A DNA stretch of 48,192 bases from a bacterium. Its GTDB lineage: Bacteria; J088; JAWLBW01. The position numbers were made by a program, and so were the translations under genes. Every line of letters starts with the position of its first letter. The first letter of the stretch is position 1. The DNA lies in the NCBI GenBank assembly GCA_041690355.1, contig JAWLHK010000014.1, positions 62,001 through 110,192 of the forward strand, written 5' to 3'. This document shows positions 42,101 through 48,192 of this stretch, in pieces. The notes beneath the pieces were generated by a model that was not told the DNA's origin, did not search any database, and worked only from the letters and a program-made list of their open reading frames with translations.

Positions 42101-44295
42101 CTGAAGGCGATCTGGACCGTGAAATCGGCCGACAGATCGTCGATGGCCGTGCCCACGCTCATCTGCTGCGCGGTGGGGCTCATGGCGATGATCGACAGCG
42201 TTTTCGGATCGACGGTCTTGAACGTGAACGTCGGGGTCGCCGGCAGCAGCCAGCCCGCCTCGGCGGTCGCGCGCCAGCTGCGAATGCCCGAGCTGCCGCC
42301 CGCGAGGGTCAGCGTGTACCCGGCCGAGTAGTCGAACTCCGCCGTCGGATCGACGGTGACGACGCTGACGGTCGAGTAGCTCGTCACCGAGGCGCTGAAG
42401 GCCACGGCGCCCGAGGGACCCGCGAGACCGATGTAGGAACCGATGCTCGCGGCCACGGCGGCGTCGAGACGCTCGCTCAGCGTGATGCGCAGGTTGCTGT
42501 CCCGGGCCACGTTGTCGGCGCCGTGCGTCGGCGTGACGGACAGCACGGTCAGCGCGTCGGGAGCAGGCGTCGCGAAGTGGAAGCTGAAACCGTCTTCCAG
42601 ATAGCCGCCGAAGTCGTCGTCAGCACTGTAATGGGTCTCGGTGGCGGCGCCGCGCAGGCTGACGACCCCCGCGAAGGGATCGAGCTGCGATCCGCCGGCC
42701 ACTTCGACCACGTAGACCGAAGAAAGGTCGAGGCCGACCGAAGGCGTGAAGGTCACCTCGGTGCCGGCCATGTCGTAGGCGAACGCGCCGGCGATGGGCA
42801 CGCTCGAACCGAACTTGCGCAGCGTGAAGTTGGCTTCGAGCGTCGGCGTCGAGATGGCTTCGCTGAACCAGAGCTTGATTTCGGTGGACGCAGTGTTGCC
42901 GTTATCCGTGCCGCCGAACGCGGAATCGTCGACGTAGGTGCGGCCGAGCTTCGCGCCCGCGCCGGGGAACGCCTGGTCGACGAAGAGCGGCAGCGCGTCG
43001 CTGGCATCCCAGCGCACGAGCAGGTCGCGGCCGATCTGCCCGGCGAGGCCCGTGGCGCGGTAGGATTCCACACCAGCCGGAATTTCGACGACGTAGTTCC
43101 GCGAGAGCTGCCAGGGGGCGTCAGGCACGAAGGTCATGATGTCCGAGACCGCCCACGGGAGCGTGCCGCCGGTCGCCGACGAGGCGCTCCAGGTGCCCGG
43201 GACTTCAACGCCGGTGGAGTCGCCGAGGGCGTCGGCTTCGTAGACCTTGACCAGACTTTCGAAGGTAACCGTGCTGACCGATTCGCTGAACCGCAGCACG
43301 ATGGGGGTGCTGACGCCGCCGCCGTAGTAATCGGGCAGCCAGACGCCGGCGACGTCGACGACCACCTTGCCGATGTCGATGCCGAGATCCGACGGCGAGG
43401 CCTGAACCAGCGAAAGTGTGGCCGGATGGGCCGTTTCAAAGCCGAAGGCCTGCTCGGCCGGTTCGATCCAGCCCCCTTCGGCGGTCGCCCGGGCGCTGCG
43501 AAGACCGTCGACGCCGCTGACGACGCGCACCTCGAACTTCTCGCTGAGAGCGAGCGGCTCATCGGGAGTAAAGATGACGATATCGTTGGTCCGCAGCGGC
43601 TCGTCGAAGTCGTTGCGGAATTGCTCGTCCGAGCTGGCAAGCGTGAACGTGCCGGCGAGCTCGACGTCGTCGGAGAGGCGCACCAGCTTGAGCGTGTCGA
43701 CGGTGACCGACTCTTCGCTCACCCCTTCGCTGAACGTGAGCACGACGTCAAGGGTCACGAACGCGCCGTAGGGTTCGGGCTCGCCTGCCTCGTCGGTGTA
43801 GGTGCCCGCGGCGATGCTGCCGGGGCCGGGCGAAATCGAGGTGATGGAGAGCGCCGGCGGATCTTCGGTTTTGAACGCCTGGTGGATCTCCTGCGCCAGG
43901 ATCGCATCGTCGCTCACCCGCTTGATCCCCTTGAGCACCTGCACTTCGTATTCCGTCGAGAACGCGAGGTGCGACGCGGGGGTGAGGGTCGCCGTGAAGG
44001 TCTCGGCGTCGTAGGCGATCTCGACATCGATTTCGGTCTCACCCTGCCGCAGCTTCAGGTTATCGCCCGTCAGCGTCGCCTCGCGCACATGATCGGAGAA
44101 CTGCACGACGAGCACCGTGTCGCGCGCCACGTTGTCGGCGCCCCCGGAGGGGAAATCGCCGGACGGGCTGAGCGAGATCACGGTCAGCGGCCGAACGACC
44201 CCAACGGTGAATTCACGGGAATCGCCGCAACCGGCGACAAACAGAACACTGAGCAGGGGAAGAACGAGACCCCGGAGCATACGTCGGACAAGCAT
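39121..44295 (-). CDS. Giant lipoprotein of ~13 tandem Big_5 (SbsA-type Ig-like) domains (~1724 aa)
   Basis: GAGGAG RBS; lipobox FVAGC; repeated 'LxVxSxxPxxGAxxVxxxxxIxxxFSExx...FTPxxxLxxxxxY' units. Confidence 0.9.
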   Translation of the reverse strand: MLVRRMLRGLVLPLLSVLFVAGCGDSREFTVGVVRPLTVISLSPSGDFPSGGADNVARDTVLVVQFSDHVREATLTGDNLKLRQGETEIDVEIAYDAETFTATLTPASHLAFSTEYEVQVLKGIKRVSDDAILAQEIHQAFKTEDPPALSITSISPGPGSIAAGTYTDEAGEPEPYGAFVTLDVVLTFSEGVSEESVTVDTLKLVRLSDDVELAGTFTLASSDEQFRNDFDEPLRTNDIVIFTPDEPLALSEKFEVRVVSGVDGLRSARATAEGGWIEPAEQAFGFETAHPATLSLVQASPSDLGIDIGKVVVDVAGVWLPDYYGGGVSTPIVLRFSESVSTVTFESLVKVYEADALGDSTGVEVPGTWSASSATGGTLPWAVSDIMTFVPDAPWQLSRNYVVEIPAGVESYRATGLAGQIGRDLLVRWDASDALPLFVDQAFPGAGAKLGRTYVDDSAFGGTDNGNTASTEIKLWFSEAISTPTLEANFTLRKFGSSVPIAGAFAYDMAGTEVTFTPSVGLDLSSVYVVEVAGGSQLDPFAGVVSLRGAATETHYSADDDFGGYLEDGFSFHFATPAPDALTVLSVTPTHGADNVARDSNLRITLSERLDAAVAASIGSYIGLAGPSGAVAFSASVTSYSTVSVVTVDPTAEFDYSAGYTLTLAGGSSGIRSWRATAEAGWLLPATPTFTFKTVDPKTLSIIAMSPTAQQMSVGTAIDDLSADFTVQIAFSERIQQAGLESLLRLEECTDANCTTIASTLAGTFSYAPDTAVEGGPQIAYFFPATGTVKYETYYRVTLPGGTPLSAGTSICAVNATEEGGCLETTWTSTFQTRKAPPLEVIATEPVNGAFPVSILRKEFSFRFSLPVSVPTLGAISVTNTTTGAVMTYGDNGDPSLNSVTFPDCSNPPTPDPTYDHYDCATQTAVIVREVALGDLDPDTTYRMQVDLSIRSTDDRTLQQEFAASFRTQPATLVWATDPESDETDVEVTLAKRASTGAITVVFNELMDTATINTATVGVTYSTARGDVRLFAVDVTTYTTSGGARTAAVFTPDLTSCEPSAQPLLYSTTYWITLDSTIANQAATKTLGADLTFAFDTVSDPVVSSVESIALRYDGSEIVTDLLAGADRGDVSITTAIRVGFGAVIDPATIVVSTPADPAGDTVLVRNIDLGTYVDLGVPAQTGPTTWEFTPLANLAYGTNYEIELRARDTFAGTPGIVDEDGNPLSVDVVGTLKTSPETIIAIRPNGGTGTNEPPTVLPIVTFSRPMDGDSLNGTTVKLYRDSDSKDHPSLYLPDEAARGVTLLPVPETTGGDAYYVQVRVGAAGILDSRGNPVATASGVCKIAGNYVCAAFGTSNAGSRPAANYSTDTFLASGSTVVSGKQAIYVEFVSPHIIPNTLTAQSFRIVDNTASEVPGTRYYDESTFRAYFVPSGYWEVGQTYTLSLNDDITSIYRQGCGDCATRGGAGATVNFTAENVAPSVMMAAPWGATGIGYEMPITITFSEAMRSESVDASTFVVTYANGGTQVTGTYTVSGTVATFTPDKPWRNATDYNWSLTTGVTDLAGNPLTLNALSTGTFTTESSALTLSSVTPATVNPATSLVFTFNKSIDAASAYPSRLGWSGAAHEIVPGSLRVYEDTANPADLTDVSKEVMGCVWVNGAVATFEPLGVYGNDGSLLYTDLNVGTGYLARVYEDVNGFTGVTDLGLLPLDPVSAANPTAFTVVP

Positions 44296-44519
44296 GCTTC
44301 TCTCCTCAAAAACGGAGTGACAATATCGATTCGAATGGCAGGGAGAAAACGCGGCGAAGGGAGCGGTGGTCACATCGAGGTGCGCATTTTTGCTCTCTAG
44401 GTTTACCACACCGCGTCAAATCGCGCCATGCAAGCCGGGGGCTGCGTCAACGGTGCGGTCCACAGCACCCCTTGCGTCGCGATCGGCCGGACGCGGGCGC
44501 CGGCGGCCCCGTCCGGCAT

Positions 44520-44548
44520 TTGACGGAAAGCAGGGACTGCGATAAGCT
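44520..44548 (+). promoter_or_regulatory. tRNA-Ala promoter
   Basis: TTGACG-N17-TAAGCT. Confidence 0.6.
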
Positions 44549-44611
44549 AAAAGACTTTACGGCGGTTCCCATTCTTTGCCCCTTTGGGCGAAAGGGACCG
44601 CAGTCCGGATT

Positions 44612-44687
44612 GGGGCTATAGCTCAGCTGGGAGAGCGCCTCGTTCGCAATGAGGAGGTCGTCGGTTCGATCCCGACTAGCTCCACCA
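44612..44687 (+). tRNA. tRNA-Ala (CGC)
   Basis: GGGGCTA...TAGCTCC-ACCA acceptor with G3:U70; anticodon arm CCTCG-TTCGCAA-TGAGG. Confidence 0.97.
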
Positions 44688-44693
44688 ATCCCG

Positions 44694-44729
44694 ACCCGGG
44701 AGGGGAAATCACCCCTTCCGGGTTTTTTT
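44694..44729 (+). terminator. Intrinsic terminator after tRNA-Ala
   Basis: ACCCGGGAGGGG/CCCCTTCCGGGT stem plus a T run. Confidence 0.88.
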
Positions 44730-44910
44730 GTGCCCGGGGGGCCCGCTCCTCGACCCTTCCCTTGCCCGGGCCGGCCGCTTTCAGGCCTTTCTCCGACAGT
44801 GTGATACACGTCACGGGCGTTCTGCCGGGCTCTCGGCTACAATGTCGCTTTCAAAAAACTACAGTTGTCGTATTCCGCAATTACCACACGTCCTCTGAAA
44901 CGGAGAGTCC

Positions 44911-47900
44911 ATGCGTTCGTACCTTCTTGCAGCCATCTTGACGCTGGGGATGACCTCGGCGGCCGAGGCGGCCAATATCTACGTCGACGCCAGCAGCCCG
45001 AATACGCCGGGCACAGGCACCGAAGTCGACCCCTACCGCACCATCGATTCGGCCATCGCCCACGCGGGCATCGCCGACGGTGACGAAATCCGCGTTGCCG
45101 ACGGCAGCTATACCCTGAGCGCGACCCGCACGATTCCCGTCGGGGTCACGGTGCGCGGCGGCTACGTCGGCGGCGGAGCCGGCGGCTGGGCCGACGGTAC
45201 CGACGATCCGGCCGTCAACACGACGACCATCACCTACAACGGCACCGCATTCTACCTGAGCCGCAAGTCGGTGGTCGAAGGGGTCACGATCAATTCGTCG
45301 TCGAGCGCATACCTAATCTACCTGAACGGCTCGGGCGCGATCGTGCGCAATGCGATCATCAGCGACCCGTCGGAGTACGTTTTCCGCGTCCAGGCGACCG
45401 GCGTCACCGTCGAGACCTCGACGATCACGACGAACGGCTGCGGCTACACCCTCTACATGAGCGGCGGCAGCTATCATGTGACCTTCCGCAACAACACGGT
45501 CAACGCGCAGTCCCTCTGCAACCGCAAGTTCTACCTGAACAACGGGCATGCCATCCTGTCGGGCAACACATTCAACGTCGATGATGACAGCTGGGATACC
45601 TACGTCTATTTCAACAACGCCCACGGCCACGTCTACAAGAACGTCTTCAACGGCTATGGCGGTGACAAGAACGGAGCGGCCATCGAAGCGCAGGACGGAC
45701 ATGTTGTCGTCGAATACAACAACATCACGGGCTTCTACAATGCGTTCGAGTCCGAAGCCTATAACGAAGAAGGGCTGAACTACGTCTACTTCCGCAACAA
45801 CGTGGTATGGAACAACACGGGGACGCAGTACGGGTTCATCGAGATCGAACAGCACCCGTATGACCGCACGTTCATCCAGAACAACTGCATGGACGACGGC
45901 CCGTTCTATCTTTACTCGTACATGGGCCAGGAGCGCTTTGCCTCGAGCATTGCCGACCTGCAGTCGATCAATCCGGCGAATTTCTCGGGCAATGCGGCCC
46001 TGGCGACCCCGCCGGCGACCCTCGGCGGCGCGGCCTGCACCAACAAGGGGGCCGGCACGACGACCAGCATCGCCACCAAGCCGGTCGCCTATGCCTATGC
46101 CGAAGACCAGACGGGCTCGACCGACCGCAAGGACATCAGCGTTCATCCGGGCATGGACGTCTGGCTGCGCGGCGACGACAGCCTCGCCATGGCCGGCGGC
46201 CCGCTGACCTACACCTGGACGCAGATCGGCGGCGCCACCGTCACCCTCGACACGACGGGTAACGACTACGAACGCACGTTCATCCCGGCCACGGCCGGTC
46301 TGTACACCTTCCGCCTGACCGTTACCGACAAGAACGGCCAGACCGCAACCGACACGGTGCGCGTGACGGTGAACGCGCGCATCACCGTGCTGCGCAGCAA
46401 CGGCACGACGCGCGGCACCTACACGACCATCCAGCGCGCCATCGACGCAGCCCAGAGCGGCGACACCATCCAGTTCCCCGCCGGTTACTGGCTCATGGGC
46501 GACGACTGGGAAGACCGGGCTGAGGTCTACGGCAAGTCGAACCTGACGATTCAGGGGGCCGGCAGCGGCAGCAACGGCACGCTCATCGGTCTGCGCTGCA
46601 ACTACGACGGCTTCGAGATCGGCGGTTCGAACAACATCACGATCCGCGACATGGCGTTCGTCGATGCCGACGACTGCTGGTACTATGCCGCCGACATCTG
46701 GGATTCGTCGGATATCGTGATCGACAACATCGCCGTCTCGAATAAAGGGCTCGACCCCTGGGGCGGCTACGGCGTCTACAGCTCGTTCGCGAACGTCGAC
46801 GTGCGCAACAGCCGGTTTGAGTGGCTGTACGAACCGGTCGGGCTCGATAACTGCGGCGTCTACAACGTCACCGGCAACGAGTTCACGGCGATCTACGAGT
46901 ACGCCCTCTACGGCTACTACAACACCTGCGGCTACGATCGTTTCACGATCACCGACAACACCTTCGACATGAAGCAGACCAGCTCCGAAGTCATCTATCT
47001 GTATGACGGGTATGCCTCGGCGGGGCCGTGGGTCATCGCCCGCAACCAGATTCTCAATGCCTATTACTACGGCATCGAGCTCGACTACATCTACTACGGC
47101 ATCGTGCAGATTCACGACAACCTGCTCGCCAACGATACCCGGTGGATCTGGCAGACCTGGACCGGTATCGACTCGAACTACGCGTCGGCCGAGATCAAGA
47201 ACAACATCATCCGCGGCTGGGGCGTGGGCAACGGTTATCCCGGCGCCTACATCGACGGCTCCGATAATAACGAAGTCGCTTTCATCGGCAACGTCATCTC
47301 CGATAACGGCGGCTACGGCATCGAGAACTACATGGACAATTGCTCGGGCGACTGCTACCCGCTCACCTGGGCGAGCCAGAACGTGCTCTACAACAACGGC
47401 TACGGCCCGTACTACTACGTCGACGTGCGCGACGGCAACATCTACGCCGATCCGAAGTTCCGCAACCCCGACGCCGGCGACTTCTCGCTCCTGAGCGGTT
47501 CGCCGGTGGCCGAGATGGGCATCGGTTCGTCGGCGAAACCCGCCGCCCCCACCGGGCTCGCGGGCGAACCGCTCGACGGCGCCGTGCGCGTCACGTTCAA
47601 CGAAGTCGGCGGCGCCTCGGGCTACCGCGTGTACTGGGGCTCGTCGGCCGGCAGCTACCCGCAGCAGCTCAACCTGGGCCGCGAACGGGTCGCCACCATC
47701 AGCGGACTTGCCGAGATGCCCTACTACTTCGCCGTCGCGGCCTATAACGCCAACGGCACGGGCATCCGCAGCGAGGCCATCGTCGTGACCCCCTATCCCG
47801 CGGCGGTCACCCCGCAGTCGGAGCCGGAGGTTCACGGCGTGAATCCGCACCGCGTCTACGCCCGCCCCACCGAGATCACGATTCTCGGCACCGGCTTCGC

Positions 47901-48192
47901 CGAAGGGGTCACGGCCTATGCCGGCGCGGTGACGCTCGAGGTCATCGAGGTCACCCCGACGATGATCAAGGCGAAGACGACGAAGGCGCTCAAGCCGGGC
48001 CTCTACCCGGTCGTCGTCATCAACGCCGATCTGGGCGAAGGCGCCCTGCCGCAGGCCATCACGGTCATCCGCAACCCGGCGGCCGAAGACACGGGCTGCG
48101 CCGCCGGCGGAAATCCGACGGCCGACCTGCGCTGGATGTGGTTCCTGCTGCCGCTGGCCTGGTTCCGCCTCCGCCGCAGCCTGCGCGGCTGA
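44911..48192 (+). CDS. Surface protein: two right-handed beta-helices, PKD, FN3, IPT/TIG and a MYXO-CTERM-like anchor (1093 aa)
   Basis: Signal peptide; IYVD..GTGTEVDPYRTIDSAI and YTTIQRAIDAAQSGDTI caps; LTYTWTQIGG..GLYTFRLTVTD; PAAPTGL..GYRVYWG..YYFAVAAYNANG; ITILGTGF; tail TGCAAGG..WMWFLLPLAWFRLRR. Stop TGA at 48190-48192. Confidence 0.9.
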   Translation: MRSYLLAAILTLGMTSAAEAANIYVDASSPNTPGTGTEVDPYRTIDSAIAHAGIADGDEIRVADGSYTLSATRTIPVGVTVRGGYVGGGAGGWADGTDDPAVNTTTITYNGTAFYLSRKSVVEGVTINSSSSAYLIYLNGSGAIVRNAIISDPSEYVFRVQATGVTVETSTITTNGCGYTLYMSGGSYHVTFRNNTVNAQSLCNRKFYLNNGHAILSGNTFNVDDDSWDTYVYFNNAHGHVYKNVFNGYGGDKNGAAIEAQDGHVVVEYNNITGFYNAFESEAYNEEGLNYVYFRNNVVWNNTGTQYGFIEIEQHPYDRTFIQNNCMDDGPFYLYSYMGQERFASSIADLQSINPANFSGNAALATPPATLGGAACTNKGAGTTTSIATKPVAYAYAEDQTGSTDRKDISVHPGMDVWLRGDDSLAMAGGPLTYTWTQIGGATVTLDTTGNDYERTFIPATAGLYTFRLTVTDKNGQTATDTVRVTVNARITVLRSNGTTRGTYTTIQRAIDAAQSGDTIQFPAGYWLMGDDWEDRAEVYGKSNLTIQGAGSGSNGTLIGLRCNYDGFEIGGSNNITIRDMAFVDADDCWYYAADIWDSSDIVIDNIAVSNKGLDPWGGYGVYSSFANVDVRNSRFEWLYEPVGLDNCGVYNVTGNEFTAIYEYALYGYYNTCGYDRFTITDNTFDMKQTSSEVIYLYDGYASAGPWVIARNQILNAYYYGIELDYIYYGIVQIHDNLLANDTRWIWQTWTGIDSNYASAEIKNNIIRGWGVGNGYPGAYIDGSDNNEVAFIGNVISDNGGYGIENYMDNCSGDCYPLTWASQNVLYNNGYGPYYYVDVRDGNIYADPKFRNPDAGDFSLLSGSPVAEMGIGSSAKPAAPTGLAGEPLDGAVRVTFNEVGGASGYRVYWGSSAGSYPQQLNLGRERVATISGLAEMPYYFAVAAYNANGTGIRSEAIVVTPYPAAVTPQSEPEVHGVNPHRVYARPTEITILGTGFAEGVTAYAGAVTLEVIEVTPTMIKAKTTKALKPGLYPVVVINADLGEGALPQAITVIRNPAAEDTGCAAGGNPTADLRWMWFLLPLAWFRLRRSLRG

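Noticed and set aside
38542-44400. 1952-aa plus-strand ORF
   Set aside because: Antisense shadow of the Big_5 lipoprotein; Arg/Gly/Val-rich with no motifs, as expected from high-GC codon bias.

Overview
High-GC bacterial chromosomal window, probably from a diderm 'Deltaproteobacteria'/Myxococcota-like organism (inferred from lpxH, the zapB-zapA-6S-ygfA order and a MYXO-CTERM-like tail). It holds two tRNAs (Gly-GCC, Ala-CGC), a 6S RNA, and housekeeping or metabolic genes (ygfA, zapA/zapB, CoxD/CoxE-like MoxR-VWA pair, ggt, lpxH, di-heme cytochrome c peroxidase, ABC exporter, transglutaminase-like protein). About half of the window encodes very large envelope proteins: an Ig/invasin-like lipoprotein that runs off the left edge and is missing from the ORF track, a TPR giant, a 7-bladed propeller lipoprotein, a PKD/beta-helix lipoprotein, a peptidase-propeller-Omp85 fusion, a ~13x Big_5 lipoprotein and a beta-helix/FN3/IPT MYXO-CTERM protein. 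The most notable signals are four. (1) About a dozen short 7-bp-period arrays from five sequence families sit at gene boundaries, and each recurring family keeps a fixed orientation relative to the adjacent gene. (2) A Fur-boxed porin-ApbE-FMN-protein-His-rich membrane protein operon suggests an iron-regulated flavinylated electron-transfer or uptake module. (3) A T3SS needle/filament-like helix is embedded in a ZU5-like lipoprotein. (4) A 'giant lipoprotein + small OM beta-barrel' pairing occurs twice. No CRISPR array, transposase, integrase or prophage gene was seen. All calls are by eye; no searches were run.
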